A stretch of DNA of 64,000 nt from Octopus sinensis. Its lineage: Eukaryota. Where the stretch lies: the NCBI RefSeq assembly GCF_006345805.1, contig NC_043021.1:7688001-7752000 (forward strand), given 5' to 3'. The notes beneath the pieces are model-generated. The model saw only the letters and a program-made list of their open reading frames with translations, searched no databases and was not told the DNA's origin. This document shows, piece by piece, positions 51,483 to 63,864 of the stretch. Within the stretch, counting starts at the first letter, position 1; each line of letters opens with the position of its first letter. A program made the position numbers and the translations under genes.

Positions 51483-52781
51483 GACGGACTTCTTTCAGTT
51501 TCCATCTATCAAATCCACTCACAAGGTTTTGGTCGGCTCGAGGCTATTAGTAAAAGACACTTGCCCAAGACACCAGGAATTTTATTTAGGGAAGTTTGGC
51601 TGCAACATTCAGCAAAACAAGCAACTACAATAGAAACTGTATCAGTGTGTGTGTGTGTTTCTAGATATTGTTATGCAGGCAGAGAGAAAAAAATGAAAAA
51701 CAACCAGTCGTTACTGTTTTGAATTCCTTGGTTAACCCTGACCAAAAAAGACCCATGATCAAAAGCATTCCAGCCATGATCAACCCATCTTTTGTTGGGT
51801 TTGTAGAACTACACTATTTAACCTTTTCATGACCATGTTCCAAATGCCAGATTAATACTGTCGGTTATTTTACTAAATTCTTCATTATTTTCAGAATTAA
51901 TTAAAAACACAAACAGTGTACTTCAAATAGAAATACAGTAACAAAAGGGTTAAAGTATATTATGACCAATATACTTTTCTGACCTGCCTGTCCATCTAAG
52001 TCCGTCAGTTTTGGTAGTAGCAATTGGCAATGAAGACATTACAGGATGTGGTGACAAGATGGGTGTAATTCCTAAATATCTCAATATTTAAAAGAAAAAA
52101 AAGAAAAAAGTTTGCTATTTAGTCAGTCATAATTAACTATATATTGAAAACAAATAAGTCAGGCTGACTAGATGGTATCTGCTAAGAATACATGACATAA
52201 CGCTACATTAGGGCAAAACTGAGATGTCCTCAGACAAAAGTGAAACTGAAAAATCAAATTGAAACCAAGCAACTCCTAAGTTGTTCCCAAAAGCAGTGTC
52301 TACTCTAAGCTGCTTTTCCCTTCTATTTCCTAATCAATGTGTATATAAAAGCTAACAGAATCCTTGGAACATCAGAAAAATTGCTTTGCAGTATTTCTTC
52401 AACCTCTTTACATTCTCAGTTCAAATCCTGCCAAGGTCAACTCTGCCTTTTATGTTTTCAAGTTCAGTAAAATAAGGTACCGGTCAAGTACTAGGGTCAA
52501 TGGTAGGAACTTCTTCCTCTCAAAATAACGAGCCTTGTGCCAACTAGCAGAATTGTTAGTGTCCAAAAATAGTGTTTCTTCCAAGTTCAGAACCTGCCAA
52601 GGTCAACTTTGCTTTCATCCCTCTAGGATAGATACAATAAAGTACCAGTCAAGTACAGGGATTGATGTAATCAATTAACCCTTTCTGTTTAAAATTTGTG
52701 GCCTTCTACCAAAATTTGAAATTATTATTATTATTATTATTATTATAAATTTACTATATGCAAATTTACTTAGCAGAGATG

Positions 52782-53226
52782 TTACTCTGAAGTTTGATGG
52801 CAACAAGTCTCAATCTCAAGAATCTGTCTTGGGATTCTTGCAAAATACGGAATGGCACTTTTCAACAGGTTGACAATACATGCCTCAATTCCTGTAGCCC
52901 TCAGCCTCTTAGGTAACAGTTTTGTTGTTGCGTTGAGTACAGCAATTACCACAAGTTGCAATGACCTGGCAGCATACACCAGACTATCACTAATGGTTTT
53001 CGGTGAAGTGAATTTAACAGCTTGGCATCTTATGAAATGGTTACAATGGCTCTTTAACAACATGAGCTGCAAAAGGCAGTGAACCGGCAGAATTGCTGTT
53101 TGCACATCAGACAAAATACTGTGTGACATTACTTCTAGATCAGAATAGTCATGAGCAGACATAGACACTTCCTCAGTCTCTCGGTCTTCCTTCTCTAGAT
53201 CCAGTGGAACATCAAGGATGTCACAG
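52782..53226 (-). CDS. Probable host-gene coding exon (147 codons), unidentified helical protein
   Basis: Acceptor ttaac...gtgactctctcttcctgtag|; 445-bp stop-free complex frame CDILDVPLDLEKEDRETEEV...SLVYAARSLQLVVIAVLNATTKLL...CCHQTSE; ends at TAA or at a possible GA|GTAACA donor; not repeat-derived. Confidence 0.6.
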
Positions 53227-53687
53227 CTACAGGAAGAGAGAGTCACACAAGCAGTTAACAGATACTTATTTTTTAACCAAGTAGACTGGAGTAGCTTAAG
53301 GACATAACATGATGCCCAGGCAAGAAACAAGTACATGCCCTTACAGTTATAAGGATAACACTTCTAACCACAACACCATGTACTTTCAAGTGTGTTTGCG
53401 TGAGCGTTTCCGTTCCTTTCAAGTGTTACTATAACAACTTTGCTAAAACTTGTACCTCTCGCTTCATCTTTTCCTTGATTTTGCTCATTACCTCATATAT
53501 ACTCTTTTACTTGTTTCAATCATTTGACTGCGACCATGCTGGAGCACCGGTCAGACAGTGACATTGGTTTCGTGTCCATAAAGTGCTTGGCTGTAAAGGT
53601 GACTCATTGCACGTGTGTGTGTGTGTGTGTGTACATAACTATATATACATGTATATATTCATACATGTACATATGCATATACACAAC

Positions 53688-53733
<46 letters not shown>

Positions 53734-53791
53734 ATTCATACATGTATATATAAGTATATATTATACAAAAATACATATACATATATATACA

Positions 53792-54197
53792 TTCTTTTAT
53801 GTTTTTATTTGTTTCAATCATTTGACTGTGACCATGCTGAAGCACTGCCTGAAGTCGAACAAATCAACCCCAGCACTTATACTTTGTAAGCCTAGTACTT
53901 ATTCTATCGTTTTTTTTTTTTTTGCCGAACCACTAAGTTACAGGGACATAAACACACCAACATCGGTTGCCAAGCAATGGTGGTGCAACAAACACAGACA
54001 CACAAACATATACACAAACACATTATATATATATATATATATACGACGGACTTCTTTCAGTTTCCATCTACCAAATCCACTCACAAGGCTTTGGTCGTCT
54101 TGAGGCTATAGTAGAAGACGCTTGTCCAAGGTGTTATGCAGTGGGACTGAATACGGAACGATTTGGTTGGTAAGCAAGCTACTTACCACACAGCCAA
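53792..54197 (-). mobile_element. SINE-A
   Basis: Tail to head homology. Confidence 0.85.
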
Positions 54198-54268
54198 TAT
54201 ATATATATATATATATAATGCACACACACACATGCACACATATACTTACACACACACTCACACATATA

Positions 54269-54964
54269 CAGGGTGGCCATTAAAGCAACGGACCATACTG
54301 CAATATGTGAAATTACTAACATTCTCCTTTTTTTATTTCTTTTCACAGCTGCCGATATTATTCACAAACCAATCCTTATTGGGTGGAGGCAGATAATCAA
54401 CAAGGCAGGGGGAAAGTAATGATGTGGTGTGGGATTTTCCACAACCAAGTAATTGGACCATTTTATTTTGAGAGCTCTGTGACAGGTGATTCGTATCTGG
54501 ACATGCTTGGCAACAAGATGATGCCTCACATGCATTCACTTGGAAAGGGGAAAAAATCCTGTCTGGTTTCAACAGGATAAGGTTCTGCCCCATTATGCAT
54601 TGCAGGTTCATGGTTTTCTGAATGAACATTTTCTAGGGAGATGGCTCAGGTATCGCGGGCCAATTGAATGGGCACCAAGGTCCCCAGATTTAACTCCCAT
54701 GGACTTTTTCTTCTGGGACTACATTAAATCCCTTGTGTATTCTGAAAAGATTCGCAACCAAGGACATCTTCAAAGAATTGTTGGGGTGCGTAAACAAGTC
54801 AATGGCAATGGAGAGCTATTTGAGAGGGTTCATCGCAAGTTCAAATTCCATATGAACACTTGTTTAGAGCTACATGGCCAACACTTTGAACATTTGTAAT
54901 GGATTACCAACTTCATTGCTAATAAAGCATACTTGATGTCTCACGTGACTTTGTGGTCACCCTG
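54269..54964 (+). mobile_element. Internally deleted Tc1/mariner element, DD41D-type transposase remnant
   Basis: TA-cagggtggcca ... tggtcaccctg termini; VMMWCGI...IGPFYFESSVTG..Y..ML, frameshift, WFQQD-41aa-D (WAPRSPDLTPMDFFFW) ...GQHFEHL*. Confidence 0.88.
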
Positions 54965-55080
54965 TGACCCCATATATTTCTAGAAGGTTGATTGTTAAGG
55001 CCGGTCAGAGAGTGATATTGGTTTCATGCGTATAAAGTGCTTGGCTATAAAGATGACTCATCGTGTGTGTGAGTATGTGT

Positions 55081-55335
55081 GACTGGCCTCCATGCCGGTG
55101 GCACGTAAAAGCACTATCCGTTCGTGGCCGTTTGCCAGCACCGTCTGGCACCTGTGTGTGTGGCACGTAAAAAGCACCCACTACACTTGCGGAGTGGTTG
55201 GCATTAGGAAGGGCATCCAGCTGTAGAAACACTGCCAGATCAGACTGGGCCTGATGCAGCCTTCTGGCTTCACAGACCCCAGTTGAACCGTCCAACCCAT
55301 GCTAGCATGGAAAACGGATGCTAAATGATGATGAT
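55081..55335 (+). mobile_element. SINE-D
   Basis: Internal motifs, core and tail. Confidence 0.88.
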
Positions 55336-55404
55336 TCATACATGTACATATGTACATACAGAACATTATATATATATATATATATATATATTCATACATG
55401 TATA

Positions 55405-55535
55405 TCATCATCGTTTAACATCCGCTTTCCATGCTAGCATAGGTTGGACGATTTGACTGAGGGCTGGAGAACCAGATGGCTGCACCAGGCTCCAATCTTG
55501 ATCCGGCAGAGTTTCTACAGCTGGATGCCCTTCCT
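55405..55535 (-). mobile_element. SINE-D 3' end (inverted relative to the previous copy)
   Basis: catcatcgtttaacatccgctttccatgctagc ... ggatgcccttcc. Confidence 0.85.
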
Positions 55536-56019
55536 AGTATATATAAATATATATTATATAAAAATACATATTTATTCATACATGTACATATGTATATATA
55601 GAGTATAAATATACACGCACATACACACAAGTTCGTGTGTGTGAGAGAGAGAGAGAGAGGGTGCCAGTAATATAGAACTTCACAACGAATTAATTCTACT
55701 CTCAGTAATAGTCAAACCAATAAATGGTCAGTTATTATTCTTAAAGGTCCTTTAAAATAACATTTCAATAGCATCCACATACACATAGATGCTTGTATAT
55801 GTACAAATATGTTTGTATATTTATCTACGTTTGTGCATAATTTGATGTATGTCTGGAATAAGTTAAACACGAAAAAAAAGTGTTTCTAATTTAGGTACAA
55901 GGCCAGCAATTTTGCGGACAGGTGTTAGTTGATCACACTGATACCCGAGTAGATGACTGGTAAAATAGATCTCAGTGGGATTTGAAACCATAACATTTTA
56001 AAGAGTCAGAAGAAATACC

Positions 56020-56171
56020 TATTTCTTTACTACACACAAGGGGCTAAACATCGAATGGACAAACAAGGACAGACATAGGTATTAAGTCGATTACATCGAT
56101 CCCCAGAGCGTAACTGGTAGTTAATTTATCGACCCCGAAAAGGATGAAAGGTAAAGTCGACCTCGGCGGAA
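56020..56171 (-). mobile_element. SINE-B 3' part inserted in an older SINE-B relative
   Basis: Host gtcagaagaaatac|cgcaaatcc is split by the insertion. Confidence 0.75.
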
Positions 56172-57422
56172 TATACCGCAAATCCTTTTTTTCCAAGAAA
56201 TTCTAGACTAAACTGTTAAGCAACCATTTACATTTAAATTACATATTCATAACTAGTTGACATAAAATAGATTTTACCGACACTGTTAATCATCACTAAT
56301 AGAATTTCCCTTCCCGTTAGGACAGCATCAAGTTGCCAGACAGAGCAGCGAAATCGCCTTCAAAGCACACCACCCAACCATCTTTAAAACGACAAACTGG
56401 ATACTGTTACTCGGCATACTCTTATTCCAGAACAGTGTATGGCTGCAGCTGAACTGCCCTTTGATCGTAGGTCTGTCTGCTCTATCGGGACTGACATGGA
56501 CTAAACAGAAATAACTCTGCTCTATTAATTTGCCATTATATAACTATGTAAAGAAGAAAAAAAATCCTCATTAACATACATTGATTTTATCTTATCTCTT
56601 CATAGATAAAGAAAACGAAGATATTGAATATAGATTTCTTAATAGCTCTGATGTCACTTAAATGCTTTATATAAGGAAATGAAATTACACTAAACAGTGA
56701 GCCGAGAGACTAGTCACTGCATAACAGATATAACATCTTCCTTTCATGTACCTCTGTGCTTTTATAATCTCATATGGGAGGTTGTGGCCATGTGAAACCA
56801 TAACGTGATGCTTAAGACTCCTAAATGTTTCACACTGTTCATATTCTGCTGCAAAAGTCAAGGCTTCCAACAGAAATTTGGCAAGGCGGAACAGATTACT
56901 TTCAGGTCCTGGAAGGAGGGGATCCTATCAAAATCGAGGTTTTGTTTGTTTGTTTAAGAAAGGTACCCACAGTTATTCACATATCTTTCCTAGGCTCTCA
57001 GGACCCGTACTGATGCACCGGCCGACCTCCCCCACTCTAATGTTAAAGGTTGCGATCTTATTTACAACAGTCTACGACTGAGCGCAAGGCCAAAATTTGT
57101 AGGTGAAACGAGGGCAGTGATTTTTACCTATGACTGTTGTAGGTGAAAAATAACGATAACTATAAAGTTGGCAGTATTTGAACTCAGAACTTCCAGATAG
57201 ATCTAAGTGGTGCAAGGCAGTCCTATAGAAAATGACAAAATATGTTCCATATATATATGCATGCAAATATATAAGAATAATATAACACAAGAATGGGACA
57301 TCAGACTTTAATAGTGATTATATTTGTTTTCTGCACCACACACCAGCCTTAGGTTACAGAGTTTATATTCGTATACCATTATACAAGATAATTCTATTAC
57401 GAGGTTTTTGTCCGAATTATAC

Positions 57423-57472
<50 letters not shown>

Positions 57473-57483
<11 letters not shown>

Positions 57484-57689
57484 GGGTACGCTGGTTTATG
57501 GGGGTACCCTGTGCTTCTCGTTCATAAGGGGTTTAGACATACGACGCATCGTCAGACCCCACTTTGAAATATTTCAAAGAGTTCTCAGGCCAGCAGTGTT
57601 TGGGGTCTGAAGATACGCCGTAAGGCTAAACTCCTTATGAGAGAGAAGCCCAGGGTAATCCCATAAACCGATCTACCCCACTATAATAT
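57473..57689. repeat. 217-bp imperfect foldback (MITE-like hairpin)
   Basis: 89-bp arms, 15 mismatches, no indels; perfect 16-bp ends atattatagtggggta; perfect 18-bp palindrome ctttgaaatatttcaaag in the loop. Confidence 0.9.
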
Positions 57690-57785
57690 TGACTACTCTA
57701 CATCTTAGAGTGCGCTTCTCCTCCGGATTTATGGATTTCTACAAACGATCATATATATTTAGAGATAGATAGATATATGTATATA

Positions 57786-57900
57786 CAGGGTGTCTATAAA
57801 GTCATGATGCAATTTAAAATACATGTAACTTCGTAGAAGAATTTATCTGTAAAAAGGATAAGAAAGCTTGATGTGTCTAGTTTTTCAGCCGGACACCTTG
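57786..57900. mobile_element. 115-bp mariner-type MITE
   Basis: TA-cagggtgtc ... gacaccttg-TA; TIR start similar to the DD41D element. Confidence 0.7.
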
Positions 57901-58344
57901 TATACACACACACACACACATTATTTTGATAGTGAGATCTCATCCATTCCCATGATCTGTACCCGTGAAAGAGAAATCTCTGTAGGTTTTCTCATTATCG
58001 AAAATAAGTATACACTACACAACGGTTTTCTCTAGTTCTATATTGGACATGTTCCATGTATAAATATAGTTTCAAGAGGTTCTGAACATCAATTACATTT
58101 TCACTTACTAAATAATCGAGGGTGAAACTTTATTTTTTCAACCCTTTGGGGATCAATACATAGGATATGTCCATTACTGCAGTCAATGCTTCGTCTCTCG
58201 CCCCCGCTTAAAGAAATCAGCTGTAGGCGTCTGACCAGCTGGAAATAGCAGTCAAAATCTAAAACTATGTCCCACAGCCTTGGAAAGAGGAAGCCACATT
58301 AAGCAATATTGTCTTACACACACAAACACACAAAATAAATATCC

Positions 58345-58630
58345 ATTTAGTCACGGCTGGAATGCTTTTGATTATAGGTTTGCTCGACCAGGATATTGAC
58401 TTAGGGGCTTAACAACCAGTATGGTACTCAACTTGCTAGAAATAGCAGCCAATTTTTTTTTTTCAAATTATATCCAACCACATTACGAAAGAAAAGAGAA
58501 ATCATTAGATAATGTAGTCTTAGATACATAATAGCAAAAAGGAAAAATAATAGAGGAACGGTCACAGCTGGAATGTCTTTGATCACAAGTCAGCTCGATC
58601 GGCACAGACCTGGGGTTAAACATCAACAAA
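58345..58630 (+). mobile_element. Fifth short interspersed repeat family (two adjacent 3' parts)
   Basis: gtcacggctggaatgcttttgat...ggggcttaacaac and gtcacagctggaatgtctttgatc...ggggttaaacatcaac; inverted relative at about 51735-51790. Confidence 0.55.
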
Positions 58631-59207
58631 AAAAATGAAAGTAAAAAGGGTATTTTGACACTTAAAAGAAACGAGAAAACACACACAATCACTTATATAA
58701 TCAGTTATTATTCTTTAAACAATATTTTTTTCCTCGTGTTTTGAGTAATGTGTGACTGGTGACTTATTTTATAATCTCCATCTGTTTTCAAAGTGGGTTT
58801 CTATGTGGGGAATACATAAATAAGCTACAGGAGGCCAACATTCTACGACTGAAGGACAAATTCTTCTCTCACACTCTCGTTTAGAAACCAGGACTATGAG
58901 TCATTCAAGACTCGGAGAAACGATTTTTAACTTTGTTATTCAATTATCTTAGAACGTGTGGGTGGATTATTGTGTTTATAGATTGATTAATTTCCGCCAC
59001 TACCGCCTTCGTCTCCATGCTCACACTCACACCATGATTGCAGAAATGTCTTTAATGAGTTTATGCCTATGCTTATATATTAAACAAGCAATAATTGAAC
59101 ATACGTATTAATAAGCACTCGTAGATGAGTGCATTATATATTCCATTATATACACCACATATGTTGCGTATATTTTCACATATGCAAAAGCTTCATACAC
59201 ACACACA

Positions 59208-59276
<69 letters not shown>

Positions 59277-59374
59277 ATACACACACAAGTATGTATGTAT
59301 ACCATCCATCCATTTCACATTTGCAAACCTCATACACAAGTACAGAGACGTGTGTGCACATATAGTAATACGTA

Positions 59375-59412
<38 letters not shown>

Positions 59413-59598
59413 TTCTTGAGAACACATTCTTCGTGGAAAATAGCGATTTTGACGTCTATTTCTAGCATATTGACCGTCCACTTTTAGTGGTAGTCAGTCC
59501 TTTAAATTTTGTATGTAAAAATATTTTAATCTTCGGATTATTTTAATATGCTAGGCCACTGGGTTTTAATTGATTAATATAAATTTCTACCCTTATTC

Positions 59599-59653
<55 letters not shown>

Positions 59654-59814
59654 CAAACAAATAAAAGTACATACATATACACCCATCCGTAAATACAGAT
59701 TTTGCCCTTTATTTCGAAGAATCTGGTGCATCAGATGACTGTGACTTGTTCACTGAAAGACCAGGGAGTGTCCTTATTTACGACAGTACTATATTCCATA
59801 GCGGTGACACACAC

Positions 59815-60437
59815 AGATAGAGAGAAGGTGGTAGACAAAATAGGAGATTAAAAAAAAAACATTTTTAACACAAAATATAGGGCCGCGAATCTCAGTAGGT
59901 AAGGAAGGGGCAGTTGATTTAATCGGCCCTTATCCCTACATGTGAAATGGCATTTATATTTCGGACCATGTTAGAACAAATAGCCAAGACGATTTAGAAC
60001 TTATAACGCTTTAGAAAGGGCGTGTTTGAATAACGAAGGCTATTAGGGCCCCTGAAGGATGGAAAAGCTAAGTCGATCTTGATGGGATTGGAACTCAAAA
60101 TGTATTAGAAAGTAGATATTTAAATAAGATAGAGAGAAGGTGGTAGACAAAATAGGAGATTAAAAAACCATTTTTAACACAAAATATAGGGCCGCGAATC
60201 TCAGTAGGTAAGGAAGGGGCAGTAGGTAAGATAATCGGCCCTTATCCCTACATGTGAATGGCATTTATATTTCGGACCATGTTAGGACAAATAGCCATGA
60301 CGATTTGGGTGGAATTAGAACTTATAATGCGTGTTTGAATAACGAAGGCTATTAGGGCCCCTGAAGGATGGAAAAGCTAAGTCGATCCTGATGGGATTGG
60401 AACTCAAAATGTATTAGAAAGTAGATATTTAAATAAG
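59815..60437. repeat. Tandem duplication, 312-bp period, two diverged units
   Basis: agatagagagaaggtggtagac starts at 59815 and at 60127. Confidence 0.95.
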
Positions 60438-61045
60438 GAAGGGTATTAAAGCATTTTTTTTTTATTGATCTTTATTCTGCTATCTACTGCCCTGATAGAA
60501 TATAAAGAATGACATCACATTGGATAATAATAATAATAATAATAATAATAATTAATGATGATTTTTTAGAGCATATTTTTCAGCAGAGCTTTAAAAAAAA
60601 ACAATGTTGACGGCGATATAAATATTTTCTTCATTTGCCTTGAGAATAATATGATTAGGATAATTATAGGTTCAATACTAAGTAATCGAATGGTCGTCCA
60701 ACGAGATGTGTGTGTGTATATGTGTGTCTTTTTTCGTTTGACATACCAGAAATATGTGTAGTATACATACATTTTCGGTCTGACATACCGGATGTATATA
60801 TATATATAATAGGGCTTTATCTTTAAAAAATTCCTATATAATAAATTCCTATATAATATATAAATAATATAACATATTTATATTTAAAAATTCATAGGAA
60901 AGCGATCAGGATAAGAAATGAAAATTATTCAGTCACTATAGAAAAATATCTGACAGAAGGAACTGTCAATAGTAAAACAGGTGACCGTACAAATTCCTTA
61001 TCGTTAACCCTAAGAACGATTGATTTCGTTCACCACGATTAACGA

Positions 61046-61109
<64 letters not shown>

Positions 61110-61344
61110 ATAGATAGGCAGGCAAGGTAATAAATATTTTCTCGAGGCTGATGAAATGAAAGAGGGAATTAAGTGTCAGGAGGGATGAGATGATAACTTA
61201 GAGTACATGCTAAGGTTATAATTATACTTGCTCTTTATTTGTCTGATGGCTTTGGGAAATGAGAAGTAGAGGCGGTCATTCGCGTACAAGCACATATACT
61301 ATATATATATATATATATATATATTTATTCTCTTTTACCTGCTG

Positions 61345-61457
61345 TGGTTTTACTGAGATCTCTCTTAAGTAGAAAGAATAGCCATAACTCTTTGACTGCT
61401 ATTTCTAAATTCGGTGTGTGGTGAGGCAAATCGTTGCTAAACCCTTAATTACTTAGT
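61345..61457 (-). repeat. Unclassified dispersed repeat (copy of 6256-6368)
   Basis: Reverse-complement match to 6256-6368. Confidence 0.7.
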
Positions 61458-61463
61458 ATTACT

Positions 61464-61496
<33 letters not shown>

Positions 61497-62234
61497 CGGC
61501 TGTTGAGAATGAAGCTTGATAAATCAAGTTTTATACACCAAAATATAATACGAAGCTTCTTTTATTACATTTTATACTAAGCAGCAACAAATTGCTATAA
61601 ATACTTAGACACACACACTTAAATACATAATGGAATATGATTTTTGTAATTTAAAATGCAAATATACCATATAATCTTTAATAATTTCATGCCGTTTATC
61701 TCAGATTTTATTCAAACAATTTTTACATTACATATTTCTTCGGCAAGATATTTCACTAATTCACTTTCGTTTCCACTAAAACCCGGGATACCAGTTTTTT
61801 GACCAAAACAATATAGAAAAAAATGTTTATTAACCTATGTGATATTATGTATTTATTGACTTTTGCTCCACAAGTCACCGAAGTATAAACATCTGATAAT
61901 CATTGCGTATTAAATTCGTTCATATGATTGTTATTCGATATGGTCGATAGGTTTTGATGTTTTTTTAGTTCATGTTTTTTTTATCCTTTTAATCATAATA
62001 AAAAAAATGAAATTGAGAAAAAATAATTATATATATATATTTATATATATAAATATATAAACACATGAAATGGGTAAGCGATAATTGGAAAGATACATAC
62101 ACACACATTATATATATATATATATGATCTGAATGATATGATATATATGTAAAAAATGTAATATATAAATAAATATCTGTAAATATGAACCATCCGATCT
62201 TCTGATTACCTCATTTCTTCTAATATATATATAT

Positions 62235-62268
<34 letters not shown>

Positions 62269-63353
62269 ACACATGAAATGGGTAAACGATAATTGGAAAG
62301 ATACATACACACACATTGTATATATATATATATATATGATATATATATAGGCTGTATGTGTATCTATATGTGTATTTCAACTCACCTCAAAAGCAACGTG
62401 AAACTGATTATTGTTTTGTTGTTGTTGGTATTTTTTTCTTTAACATCTCTCTAGAATAATCCGCGAGGTTCCATGCCCCGTCCGAACTTCTGTCTTGTGA
62501 CTGACTGGCAAACAAAACACAGATACAAGATGAAAGTAGAGGAAGTCTTGATGGTAATTGGTTAGTACGGTAGTGGTGGTGATAGTGGTGATGAAGGTGG
62601 CGGGATTATGGTAGTGGGAAGAGGAGGTATGGAAGTTAGAGTAGCATTTGCTAATTAAGTAGCAGTCAGTAGTTGTCGTATATATATATATATATATAAT
62701 AATGCCGCAACAGAGACGACGAAAGAACAGACAAGAGAGGCAGAGAAACAGAAAGAAAGAGAGAGAGAGATACAATGATAAGAGGAGACAACTTGATGAT
62801 CTTCGAGAACGGAAGATTCTAATTTCTGTTCGTTCACATATACCACTGTAGCTGTATCACTTGTTTTTGAAATGCTACAGTAATAAATATACACCGATCT
62901 AATGGACAGAAATGAAACCGAAGTGCTGAGGAAGGAACTAAAGGTTTCAAAGAAATGAACTGTGTTAATTATTATATATATATATAGACATATATATATT
63001 GTCTTGAGCTTCTAACAACGAAAGTGAAGTTTATTATCTTCAATTAAGATTAAAAAATAATGAATAAAATATATATATTGATATTACTATATATAAAGGT
63101 GAATGATTGAGATGAGTGTTACGTAACAAATAGGTTTCGTTCACATGTACGTATATCGCAAGCTACGGATAGGGAAATAAAATATTTCGTTACATTATTT
63201 ATGATATCGATAATTATTTTGCATGTACGATAGAAATTAAATTTGTCAATTCGCCATTGGTTTTTGTTATTTATATTATTCTGTGTGGGATCGTGTATGT
63301 ATCTTTCCAATTATCGTCTGCCCAATTCATGTGTTTATATATATACATATATA

Positions 63354-63475
<122 letters not shown>

Positions 63476-63864
63476 ATATATATATAATATATATATTACA
63501 TAACGCTAATATATTTCTAGAGAAAAAATTCTCTGAGAAATTACTTAGGGGCGTCATCAGACATAAAAAAAAATAGTTGTTGGCATTTTAATACACTGAG
63601 TACAAAAAAGTCAATCGGGAATAATAAAGATTTGAGGAAACGAGAATAATAGTCAATGAATAAAATATTTTATTCTGGCAAGTATGGGAAACAACTCTAT
63701 ACATGTTTCTGCATTATTACATCTCATCGAAGAATAAACTTCACATCGTGTAGTAGAAGTGAGAGGATCGCTAAGAAAATGTACAATATTGTACACTGGT
63801 CAACATAGCAAAATAAAACATTTTAGCCCAAAGGCCTCCAAATATATCCTGTCACAAAATCTTT

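Noticed and set aside
672-53226. A complete phase-consistent minus-strand gene model joining all exon candidates
   Set aside because: Phases can be made to chain, but only by post hoc choice of frames and weak splice sites; it needs transcript data.
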